From the NCBI GenBank assembly GCA_964411375.1, contig CAYPKR010000001.1, positions 238,807 through 302,806 of the forward strand: a stretch of DNA of 64,000 bases. Reading direction: 5' to 3'. Position numbers and translations under genes: made by a program. The notes under the pieces are model-generated. The model was not told the origin of the DNA, made no database searches, and saw nothing but the letters and a program-made list of their open reading frames with translations. Shown piece after piece: positions 38,514 to 46,996 of the stretch (its first letter is position 1; the number at the start of each line of letters is the position of its first letter). Source of the stretch: an uncultured Candidatus Saccharibacteria bacterium (lineage in GTDB: Bacteria > Patescibacteriota > Minisyncoccia > Phycocordibacterales > UBA12088).

Positions 38514-39218
38514 ATGGAACACTTTCGAACCACGAAGCGCGGTGCAACCCCACTTGGCGTCGCACTCACTATAATTATTCTTATTTTGATCGCAGGAGGT
38601 ATTTTTTACCTTTTACCTTCTACACCACCAACTTCCGTAGATACTGGAACTCCGACGACCACTAATCCAGTAGCATCGACAACGCCGCTCACGAGCTACA
38701 TGAGCGATCAATATCATTTCTCAATCGAATACCCACAAAACCTTGAAGCAACCTCCACATTCAATGGATATCAGCATGTCGCGACAAGTTGGCGACAGGG
38801 AGCGGTAGATACACCAAAATCAGGCACGCCGGTTGTTTCAATTATTGTCGACTCACTCATGAATAATCCTGGTGAAGAAGGATATTACTACGACGCAGAA
38901 CTTCGTATCGGCGTCAGTACCACTGCAAGTGCAGTAACTAATTGTCTTACAGTTGACGCAGACGAAGATTCTGCAACAACATCGATCGCCGTTGGTGGCA
39001 TCACCTTCACCCACTTTACCCGCGAGAGTGCCGGTATGAGTCAGTTTGGCAAAGTAGATAGTTATCGCACAGTACACAACAAAACTTGCGTCGCCGTCGA
39101 GGCAATCATCGCGGGCGGCGGAACGGCGCTCAATAATCCAAGCCAGTCACCAGAGCGTGCTGCTACGGACAAGCAGATGATGCAAAGCATTCTTCAGACG
39201 TTTGCGTTCACTGACTAG
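38514..39218 (+). CDS. Hypothetical secreted protein
   Basis: 234 aa; signal anchor, Thr/Pro-rich linker. Confidence 0.4.
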   Translation: MEHFRTTKRGATPLGVALTIIILILIAGGIFYLLPSTPPTSVDTGTPTTTNPVASTTPLTSYMSDQYHFSIEYPQNLEATSTFNGYQHVATSWRQGAVDTPKSGTPVVSIIVDSLMNNPGEEGYYYDAELRIGVSTTASAVTNCLTVDADEDSATTSIAVGGITFTHFTRESAGMSQFGKVDSYRTVHNKTCVAVEAIIAGGGTALNNPSQSPERAATDKQMMQSILQTFAFTD

Positions 39219-39303
39219 TTCTCCCCATCTCAGATCGCTCCAATTCGCGGTATACTTATCTCATTCCGCACGGCGGAGCATTGATAATTAATTACTGTTC
39301 ATA

Positions 39304-39636
39304 ATGAATACAACGACCAAAGTGATCGCTGTCCTCATCGTGCTTGGTGCGATTGGAGGCGGCGCGTATCTTCTTCGGAAGGATACCCCGAGTGAACCGA
39401 TAGTAGAGCAGCAAACTACGGAAACACCCGAGCAGGAACAGCCAACCGTAACAACCGCATCTTCAACACTTCCTGTTGCTAGCGGTGATATCGACTCCGA
39501 CCTTGCCGCACTTTCTGCCGAAGCCGCATTTGAAGGCACGCTTGCTGCAGATAATACTGCGGATGGCACCGCCGCAATGGACGATAGAGCCGACATTACC
39601 AGCATCAACGATTCCTATGGTGAAAATAATTTCTAG
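39304..39636 (+). CDS. Hypothetical membrane-anchored acidic protein
   Basis: 110 aa ORF. Confidence 0.35.
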   Translation: MNTTTKVIAVLIVLGAIGGGAYLLRKDTPSEPIVEQQTTETPEQEQPTVTTASSTLPVASGDIDSDLAALSAEAAFEGTLAADNTADGTAAMDDRADITSINDSYGENNF

Positions 39637-40384
39637 TCCTGCCGTGAAGAAATTCGTCAGTGCATCAATTGCAGTGGCTCTTATTGCCCCAGCACTTGCG
39701 TTTGCTCACACAGAGAATGAGGCGGCAGTGGCACAAGCACCAAAAGGATTTTGTGCGAATGTCGCTGAATTTCAAACAACCGTAAGCGGTACGCTTGCCG
39801 AACGCCTTCAAAAGATCGAAAGCAAAAAAGCAGATCGGTTGAAGCAGATTGCAGATAATCGCACAAAACGCGATAAGGAACTCACTGAAGATCGCGCCCA
39901 GTGGGATCAGAATCGCGCAGAACATTACGCAAAATTGCTTGAAAAGGCATCTACTACTGATCAGCAGACTGCAGTCGGAGCATTTAAGACAACGATTGAA
40001 AACGCCGTAACTGCACGCCGTGCCACAATTGACGCCGCAGTTAAGGCATACCGAGATGGTGTTGATCAGGCGGTTGGTGCTCGCCAAGGTAGTACTGCTA
40101 GTGCGGAAGCCGCAATAAAAACTGCATTCGATACCGCTCTCCAAACTGCAGTTACTGATTGTGCTGCTTCGAAAGATCCGAAGACTGTTCGCACCACCGC
40201 CATGGCAGCGCTTAAAAAGGCACGCACTGATTTCACCACTGCAATGAAAGCACTCGATAAGTCAGATACGACGATTCAAACGCTTGCAAAGACTCGCAGT
40301 GATGCGGTAAAGAAGGCGATTGCTGATTTTGATACAACTCGAAAGTCAGCAGCTGAAACACTTCGCGCTGCATGGAAAAAATAA
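39617..40384 (+). CDS. Hypothetical secreted alpha-helical Ala/Lys-rich protein; start taken at MVKIISSPAVKKF
   Basis: Signal peptide AFAHTENE; repetitive helical composition. Confidence 0.4.
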   Translation: MVKIISSPAVKKFVSASIAVALIAPALAFAHTENEAAVAQAPKGFCANVAEFQTTVSGTLAERLQKIESKKADRLKQIADNRTKRDKELTEDRAQWDQNRAEHYAKLLEKASTTDQQTAVGAFKTTIENAVTARRATIDAAVKAYRDGVDQAVGARQGSTASAEAAIKTAFDTALQTAVTDCAASKDPKTVRTTAMAALKKARTDFTTAMKALDKSDTTIQTLAKTRSDAVKKAIADFDTTRKSAAETLRAAWKK

Positions 40385-40515
40385 GCCAGGAACGATTAGG
40401 CTAGGGGTGAAGTCCTAAGTCAAGTAATCGAGGTCAACACACGCCGTCTCCATATGAGGCGGCGTGTGTTAGTATGTCACCCATATTGCTAACCACCCGT
40501 AATTCTTCATGAAAT

Positions 40516-41430
40516 ATGAAATATCTCGCTAGCCTTACTCTCGTACTTATTCCAACTCTTTCTTTTGCTGCAGTGCAGTCAAATATCACCACTTCTGTTG
40601 ATGGCACAACCGTCCATCTCGATACGGCAACTGGTGTGCACGATGTGCAGATCCAAAATGTACAAGTGGTAAATGGAGAAGTGCAGGTCGAGACAACCGT
40701 TGACGGTAAAACTATTAAAACTATTTCGACTCCGTCAGGAAACGGCACAAAAACCACAGTGACGGTCGACGGTGTAACGCGCGTGTTTGAAGGTGCACTG
40801 CCAACTGAATTTGCAACAATCACTGCCGATGGCTCCAACATACGCATAACAGGCGATACGGTTACTATTACGAAGGGGGAAGGAGGAGCGCAGTCATTTT
40901 CAAAAATCCAGCTCTCAAATGAAGTGTCGTCAGACGAAGGCGGTATGCGCACCATTCGCGCTTCAAAGGCACACGACAGCGCAGTATTCACTTCTCTTCT
41001 GTCGGTTGGAGCCATTTCTGCCGATCCAGTTACTGTAAAGTCAGACGAAGATTTGTCGCTCTACGCAGCAAATGTGGTCAGTCGTAACTCGGACATCGAT
41101 TCTGCAGCATTTGGCGGCGGTTCAATTGATGTATCTCTTCGCGACCACACAAAACTCTTCGGCGTGATTCCCATGAATCGCACGTACCATGTACTTGCGT
41201 CAAAACTCGATTCTGATTCAAATGTCCAAGTTCAGCTCCCATGGTGGAATATATTCGCTGCTAAACCGGCAATCGCGGAGGGAAATACCAAAGCAAAGCT
41301 ATCCGAAAATCTGAAGGCGGCAGTTACCGGAGCTTCTACAACTGCAGGAAAACAAGCACTTGCACTCGCAACGATTGCAAATACACTGCAATTAAGCGCA
41401 GAAGCGAATGCTTCCGTGGAAACACATTAA
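40516..41430 (+). CDS. Hypothetical secreted protein
   Basis: 304 aa; signal peptide LSFAAVQS. Confidence 0.4.
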   Translation: MKYLASLTLVLIPTLSFAAVQSNITTSVDGTTVHLDTATGVHDVQIQNVQVVNGEVQVETTVDGKTIKTISTPSGNGTKTTVTVDGVTRVFEGALPTEFATITADGSNIRITGDTVTITKGEGGAQSFSKIQLSNEVSSDEGGMRTIRASKAHDSAVFTSLLSVGAISADPVTVKSDEDLSLYAANVVSRNSDIDSAAFGGGSIDVSLRDHTKLFGVIPMNRTYHVLASKLDSDSNVQVQLPWWNIFAAKPAIAEGNTKAKLSENLKAAVTGASTTAGKQALALATIANTLQLSAEANASVETH

Positions 41431-41875
41431 TCACTTCATTTGTTCTATGTTCCATTCAAAATATGCGAAATGGTTTCTTCTTCTCTTGGCTGTCGTAATA
41501 ATCGGCGGTGGAGCACTGGCATTTATTCTTCGTGGTACATTGGTTGCGACGGGAGAACATGGCACGCTTCGCGGTCAGGTGACCGTTGGACCACTCTGTC
41601 CAGTTGAACATACCGGCACTACTTGTACTGATCCAGTCAGTGCAAATCGTTCGAGAGAAGTTATTGTGTATGCGGCAACAGTTTTGAAAAAAGAAGTAGC
41701 CCGAACCAATTTGTCGCCGTTCGGAGAATACACACTACAACTTCCACCTGGCGAATATACCGTCGACATGGGATACGTTGGGGTCGACTCATCAAAAGAT
41801 CTTCCGCACCAAGTAACAATCAAACCAGGCGAAACAACGGAATTCAATTTCTCAATCGATACCGGCGTCAGATAA
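41408..41875 (+). CDS. Hypothetical secreted protein
   Basis: 155 aa; TM anchor. Confidence 0.35.
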   Translation: MLPWKHINHFICSMFHSKYAKWFLLLLAVVIIGGGALAFILRGTLVATGEHGTLRGQVTVGPLCPVEHTGTTCTDPVSANRSREVIVYAATVLKKEVARTNLSPFGEYTLQLPPGEYTVDMGYVGVDSSKDLPHQVTIKPGETTEFNFSIDTGVR

Positions 41876-41881
41876 TAATCA

Positions 41882-41927
41882 AAAATAATTTCCGAATGAA
41901 CACGCATTCGGAAATTATTTTTTCTGG
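41882..41927 (+). terminator. Intrinsic terminator: hairpin aaaataatttccgaatg/cattcggaaattatttt followed by a T-tract
   Basis: 17-bp inverted repeat plus TTTTTT immediately after the 41408-41875 gene. Confidence 0.6.
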
Positions 41928-42180
41928 AAAAAGAAATCCACAGAAAAATCTTGTCCACACCCACTTGCTCTTACTTCCGCGCTATCATTACGGTAGCTCA
42001 CGAGCTTGAAGGGAGGTGGTCACTCCTAATCCAAGTTTCGAAAAACGGGCGGCGATGGCGCGCCCCGCGTGGCGAAGAAGAATATTACATCTTCGGAGAC
42101 TTGCGGAAACGTCTCTCTACAATGGCAAAGAAAAAGAAGGCAGCAAAGAAGAAGAGATAATCTCCTCTCCATAGCTTGAA

Positions 42181-42222
42181 AAAGAAAGCACCCGATATCT
42201 TGTCGGGTGATTTCTTTTCCAC
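42181..42222 (+). terminator. Hairpin gaaagcacccga/tcgggtgatttc plus TTTTCC closing the structured leader upstream of hss; possible attenuator
   Basis: Inverted repeat with trailing T-run, ~85 bp before the hss start. Confidence 0.4.
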
Positions 42223-42308
42223 TTTTCCCTGGAAAACCCTTTACTTTTCCGGCATAAAAGTTTAATAATAGCCACATTGATGAGAATATTTATTTACCGA
42301 TATTCCTA

Positions 42309-43796
42309 ATGCAAATCACGAACGCTCCCACGGCTCCGCTAGCGACGGACACACAGAAAATAGAAAAAGAGCTGTACACGAAGGCGACATTTCCTGGTCG
42401 TCTTGTGGTTCTTGGACACGGCACAATCGCACAGGCAATATTGCCAATGCTTCTCAAGCATACCGACATCACGCCAGAGCGGATGCGCATCATAACCGCT
42501 GATGAGACGGGGAGAATCTCTGCAAGCGCGTACGGCATCGAATTTGTTGTCGAGTCTCTGACTCGGGAAAACTATGCGAAGGTGCTCGAAAAAAACCTCG
42601 TTCGTGACGACTTTCTCCTCAATCTATCGGTAGATGTGGCTTCATTTGATCTTATCGAATGGTGCCAACGAAACGGCGTTTTGTATGTAGATACTTCGAC
42701 CGAGCGCTGGCCAGGCTTTTCCGTCGATCCTTCAATTCCACCGGAAGAGCGTACCAATTACGCACAACACGAAGAATTTTCGCGGATGCGTCAGAAGTTT
42801 CCTGAAGGTCCGACGGCAGTTGTTGATCATGGTGCCAATCCCGGACTTATTTCCCATTTCATCAAAGCAGCGCTTCTGGAGATTGCAAAAGACACGACGG
42901 GTGCTTCGTGGGATCAATCGAATACACCAAAGACTCGGGAAGAATGGGCGGCACTCATGCGCGATCTTCGTGTGCGCACCATTCAAGTAGCTGAACGCGA
43001 TACCCAGACTACACGAGTACTCCGAGAAAAAGATGAATTTGTTAATACATGGTCAATCGATGGATTCCTGAGCGAAGCGACGCAACCAGTGGAACTCGGG
43101 TGGGGAAGTCATGAAAAAGAATTACCGGCGGACGGACATTTTCCTTCAACAGGAAATAAAGCAGCAATTTTCCTTGATCGACCTGGTGCACTTACTCCCG
43201 TTCGCTCATGGACGCCGCGCGAAGGTTCGTATCACGGCTTCCTCATTACTCATGATGAATCTATTTCTACTGCCGATTACTACACCATTATGGAGGGAGA
43301 GCAGACGGCGTATCGTCCAACCGTAATGTATGCATACCTTCCTTGTGACGACACGGTTATTTCACTCCGTGAATTTGCCGGCAACAACTGGAAGCAGCCA
43401 CGTAAAAAGCGCGTACTCGGTGATGATATCGAACATGGTTCTGATGAGCTTGGCGCACTACTTCTTGGGCATAAAAAGCGTGCATATTGGTTTGGCTCCG
43501 ACCTTTCGATCGCGCAAGCTCGTGAACTTCTTCCACATCAAAATGCGACAAGTATGCAGGTTGCCGCTGGGGCCCTCTCTGCCTTAATTTGGACACTTGA
43601 AAATCCAAAACGCGGCATCTTGAAACCGGAGGAAATTGATTTTCGTCGCATCCTTGATATCGCAATGCCGTATCTTGGAACGGTTCATGGCAAATATACG
43701 AATTGGTCGCCACTTCGTGATCGCAAGGATCAGTTGTTTCCTGAAGACATCGCTTCAGCAGATCCGTGGCAGTTTAAAAATTTCCGCGTTACCTAA
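42309..43796 (+). CDS. hss: Homospermidine synthase
   Basis: 495 aa; extensive block-wise similarity to bacterial HSS (LYVDTSTERWPGF, FVNTWSIDGFLSEATQPVELGWGSHE, VRSWTPREGSYHGFLITHDESISTADY, PYLGTVHGKYTNWSPL, DPWQFKNFRV). Confidence 0.85.
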   Translation: MQITNAPTAPLATDTQKIEKELYTKATFPGRLVVLGHGTIAQAILPMLLKHTDITPERMRIITADETGRISASAYGIEFVVESLTRENYAKVLEKNLVRDDFLLNLSVDVASFDLIEWCQRNGVLYVDTSTERWPGFSVDPSIPPEERTNYAQHEEFSRMRQKFPEGPTAVVDHGANPGLISHFIKAALLEIAKDTTGASWDQSNTPKTREEWAALMRDLRVRTIQVAERDTQTTRVLREKDEFVNTWSIDGFLSEATQPVELGWGSHEKELPADGHFPSTGNKAAIFLDRPGALTPVRSWTPREGSYHGFLITHDESISTADYYTIMEGEQTAYRPTVMYAYLPCDDTVISLREFAGNNWKQPRKKRVLGDDIEHGSDELGALLLGHKKRAYWFGSDLSIAQARELLPHQNATSMQVAAGALSALIWTLENPKRGILKPEEIDFRRILDIAMPYLGTVHGKYTNWSPLRDRKDQLFPEDIASADPWQFKNFRVT

Positions 43797-43818
43797 AATT
43801 AGCTTTCAGAATGAATTT

Positions 43819-43852
43819 GTACCAAAAATCGCCCTAGGGCGATTTTTGGTAC
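43819..43852. terminator. Hairpin gtaccaaaaatcgccc/gggcgatttttggtac between convergent hss and the 43871 gene
   Basis: 15-bp perfect inverted repeat. Confidence 0.5.
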
Positions 43853-43870
43853 TGGAAAAAGCTGCGTAAA

Positions 43871-44098
43871 TTATTTTGCCTTACGAGAAAGGCGGACGGC
43901 AATATACGCCATAATGAGTGGGACACCAAGCAGAATGTAGCTCCACCACATTGGAACGGGGAAGCCGCCGATCACAACATCCCATTGAAACAGAATGCGG
44001 GAGAGTTGGAGGATTGCGATAAGGGAGAAGAGACCGCTAGTAATCGCGAGATAATTTTTGAGGTGCATACGAACCTTAAGGGTGAGTAATAAAGACAC
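43871..44098 (-). CDS. Hypothetical small membrane protein (possible ATG start at 44068)
   Basis: 2 TM ORF downstream of element C. Confidence 0.35.
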   Translation of the reverse strand: MSLLLTLKVRMHLKNYLAITSGLFSLIAILQLSRILFQWDVVIGGFPVPMWWSYILLGVPLIMAYIAVRLSRKAK

Positions 44099-44149
44099 CT
44101 ATAGGGTAACGTGTTGCCAAATTTGCTTCAAGGGGAGTTGTTCAGTGAG

Positions 44150-44315
44150 AGGTTTGAGGGAGTTTGGTCACAGATAATTTTGCTTCGCAACATCTCCGCG
44201 ACCCCGCCTCAAGAAAAGTCCCCCGGACTTTTCTTTCCGGCTTTCAATACCACCGGAGCTTTCTATCTCCACAAGAAAAATAAAAACGCCTTCCTAGGCG
44301 TTTTTATTTTTCTTG
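44150..44315. repeat. tRNA-3'-flank element copy C (downstream of tmRNA) with the 44-nt core cgaccccgcctcaagaaaagtcccccggacttttctttccggct
   Basis: ~86% identical to the copy A core, with compensatory changes in the hairpin; begins ttggtcacag like the other copies. Confidence 0.55.
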
Positions 44316-44705
44316 TGGAGATGGGGGGATTGAACCCCCGTCCGAAACGGGGCAGGGTTGCGTTCTACAAAGCGTATTCTACTTTATTCCTTTAGGCCGG
44401 TATGGTCGAAGTAGACCAAATGCATACCGAACCGATCTCCTTATTTAACGGGTGTGCCGGAGCATTCACACACGCGAATCCGAATTATATTACACCAGCT
44501 CTAACCTATCGGATGAAGGAAAGAGGGATGCGCTTATGCAGTTGCGTAAGCGAACGCGAAGTCGTTCATCTGGAAAGGAGATAAAACTGACTTTGCGCGT
44601 GCGAGAGTATTCTTTGCACTTATTGGTTCCAGTTTTTTAGGAAGGACTGGGCTTCCGCTTCGCTCGCAGACTCTACGGAACCGAATCGTCGAAACTGACA
44701 TCCCC
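44316..44705 (-). ncRNA. ssrA: tmRNA (SsrA), CCA not encoded; 3' end embedded in a 24-bp hairpin (44262-44322)
   Basis: 5' GGGGATGTCAGTTTCGACG..., tRNA-like acceptor with G3-U70 wobble, T-arm GGGGGTTCAATCCCCC, ~390 nt; adjacent to smpB. Confidence 0.8.
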
Positions 44706-44770
44706 CACATCCAATCTGCAGGAGCAGATTGGATGTGGCGAACCACCTCTATTCAATTGACGATGAGCAA

Positions 44771-45217
44771 CTATCTCGCTTTCATCTCGCGATCCATCTC
44801 GCGCTTCGTATCGCGCGTTTTCAGGGTTTCGCGCTTATCAAATTTCTTCTTGCCGCGGACAATCGCGACCTTGACCTTGATGTAGCGGCCTTTACTATAC
44901 ATTAAAATTGGGACTATTGTCAACCCCTTCGCACCCTCGGCGTCCGTTATTTTTTCGATGTCTTTTGCGCCAAGGAGTAGTTTTCGCGTTCGATCCATTT
45001 CGTAACTCGTTGGGGCATTTTTGGGCTGATGTGCGGGAATGGTTGCGCCAACAAGGAAGACCTCTCCGCCACGTCCAATGACCCTTGCGCTCTCGATTGA
45101 GCCCTGACCGCCCCGGACCGACTTCACTTCAAAACCAAACAGCTCAATACCCGCCTCGATTTCTTCGAGGATTTCATAGTTGAAATGTGCTTTTTTATTC
45201 GATATGAAAGTCGACAT
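44771..45217 (-). CDS. smpB: SsrA-binding protein SmpB
   Basis: 148 aa; AHFNYEILEEIEAGIEL.GFEVKSVR and C-terminal basic tail. Confidence 0.9.
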   Translation of the reverse strand: MSTFISNKKAHFNYEILEEIEAGIELFGFEVKSVRGGQGSIESARVIGRGGEVFLVGATIPAHQPKNAPTSYEMDRTRKLLLGAKDIEKITDAEGAKGLTIVPILMYSKGRYIKVKVAIVRGKKKFDKRETLKTRDTKREMDREMKAR

Positions 45218-45269
45218 ATCGGAACAATACCACAGGCTATGCTCTATAGGGGAGTGGTATACTGGCTAT

Positions 45270-46103
45270 ATGAATCCAGAAATTTTTACGAAAGATGGGG
45301 TATACGCGATGCTCGCACTTGATCATGATGCTTCCTTTAAAAAAATGATTGCCGGAGGAAATTCTGCTTATGTCCCGAAAGAAGCAATTGTCGATCTGAA
45401 GAGACAAATCATCGAACCGCTCCTTCCGCATATGAGTGGAATGCTTATAGACTCTGAATACGGACTTCCGGCGTATCGTGGCGCTATCGAAAAAACAGGT
45501 AGCGGCACGTCGTACCTTCTTCGTATTGAAAAAAGTGGTTATTCAGGAGATGAAAATAATCGCATCAATGATCGTCAATTTACCGCAAGCGAACTTGAAA
45601 ATGACGGCGCAAAAGGAGTGAAGTTACTTCTCTACATCAATCCATCAGTTCCTGCGTTTGCGCTGCAAAAGGAATTTGCGAGACAAGTGATCGAAGAATC
45701 GCATGCGGCAAACCTTCCCGTATTTGTTGAATTTGTTACGTACAATGTTCCGGGGAATAGTATGACTCGCTTCGAAATGATGGATACCGCACTTACCGGC
45801 TTCATCAGTGATGGCATTGTGCCGGATGTGTGGAAACTTGAATATCCAGAATCTCCCGAACTCTGTGAAAAAATAACTGAGCGTGTCGGAAATACGCCAT
45901 GGATTTTACTTTCTCGCGGCGTTACCTTCGATGAATTTCTTCCCCAATTATCTGCTGCTGCAAACGTGGGGTGCAAAGGATTTCTTGCTGGTCGTGCCCT
46001 GTGGCAGGAAGTAGGCACAAAGAGCGAAGCAGACAAAGAAGTATTTCTTACCAAAGAGGTGCCGGAGCGATTTGAAAAGATGATCGGCGCATTCAAAAAA
46101 TAA
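45270..46103 (+). CDS. Class I aldolase of the tagatose-1,6-bisphosphate aldolase (LacD) family; start taken at MNPEIF to avoid overlap with smpB
   Basis: Block similarity to LacD: YAMLALDHDASFKKMI, MLIDSEYGLPA, VKLLLYINPS, LPVFVEFVTYN. Confidence 0.65.
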   Translation: MNPEIFTKDGVYAMLALDHDASFKKMIAGGNSAYVPKEAIVDLKRQIIEPLLPHMSGMLIDSEYGLPAYRGAIEKTGSGTSYLLRIEKSGYSGDENNRINDRQFTASELENDGAKGVKLLLYINPSVPAFALQKEFARQVIEESHAANLPVFVEFVTYNVPGNSMTRFEMMDTALTGFISDGIVPDVWKLEYPESPELCEKITERVGNTPWILLSRGVTFDEFLPQLSAAANVGCKGFLAGRALWQEVGTKSEADKEVFLTKEVPERFEKMIGAFKK

Positions 46104-46105
46104 CC

Positions 46106-46699
46106 ATGTTTGATTTTCGCCGAGCGCTTCAGTTCACCAGTCTCCTCGAGCAATTTCAAAAGGTGGTGCGTAAAGCCTACGTTCCAGGTGAAAATCGTGG
46201 CGAGAATGATGTTGAGCATAGTTACAAACTCGCCATGATGGCGTGGTATTTGGTTGAGGCGTACAAACTGCCGCTCGATACAAACAAAATAGTAAAGTAT
46301 GCACTTGTCCACGACTTTGTGGAGGTACATGCAGGGGATACAGTCGTGTGGGACACTGAAGCGGTTAAAACAAAACACGCGCGTGAAGCCGCGGCACAAG
46401 AACAACTACGGAAAGATTGGCAGGATTTTCCTGGACTGAGTTATCATATCGACAGTTACGAAAATAAAGTTGATGATGAAGCGCGATTTGTATACGCACT
46501 CGATAAACTCTTTTTCATGTTTCCAGAATATTTGGCTGAGTGGCGGACGATCATCGAACTCAAGGTTTCGTATCTCGAAGAACTTGAGAATAAGATGGAA
46601 AAAACAAAAGTGCATCCATTCGTCCATGAATGGTGTCTCGATGTTTTTAAAGAACTCAAAAAAGAAGAGGAGAGATTGTGGAAGAAAGAGATCGCTTGA
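46106..46699 (+). CDS. HD-domain phosphohydrolase (YfbR-like 5'-deoxynucleotidase family)
   Basis: 197 aa; H..(VEHS)..HD..E..H.GD metal-binding pattern. Confidence 0.7.
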   Translation: MFDFRRALQFTSLLEQFQKVVRKAYVPGENRGENDVEHSYKLAMMAWYLVEAYKLPLDTNKIVKYALVHDFVEVHAGDTVVWDTEAVKTKHAREAAAQEQLRKDWQDFPGLSYHIDSYENKVDDEARFVYALDKLFFMFPEYLAEWRTIIELKVSYLEELENKMEKTKVHPFVHEWCLDVFKELKKEEERLWKKEIA

Positions 46700-46729
46700 A
46701 CATTTTTTCGTTGGGCGCATACTGATCCT

Positions 46730-46975
46730 ATGAAAAAGCTCAAAAAAGTATTTGTGCCGCCATGGCTTCGATGGTTTCTCTTTCCGCTCTATATCATCAT
46801 TTGGGCATTCATTACCTATATCGAATATTTTGGTCCGGAAAATAGTCGTCACGAATTGGGAACAATCGGATTCCTCTTCATCTCCGTAATTTTCGGCGGT
46901 CTCATGATCATGTTTTACCTCATGACCAGTGGCAAGTTGCCTGCCTATCTCATCGAAGAAGATGACGAGAAATAA
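46730..46975 (+). CDS. Hypothetical small membrane protein
   Basis: 81 aa, 2 TM. Confidence 0.35.
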   Translation: MKKLKKVFVPPWLRWFLFPLYIIIWAFITYIEYFGPENSRHELGTIGFLFISVIFGGLMIMFYLMTSGKLPAYLIEEDDEK

Positions 46976-46996
46976 GCCTCGCGCTACAATATCTTC

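Noticed and set aside
41990-42180. Fluoride or other known riboswitch in the hss leader
   Set aside because: The GGCGATGG segment resembles part of the crcB motif, but the downstream conserved CUGAUGA..CCUAC elements are absent; no confident match to any riboswitch consensus I know.
44198-44242. RNase P RNA P4-like sequence (gaaaagtcccccggac)
   Set aside because: It is only a short hairpin shared with the repeat family; none of the other RNase P conserved regions are present.
44402-44746. Small ORFs at 44402-44584, 44452-44640 and 44534-44746
   Set aside because: They lie within the tmRNA gene.
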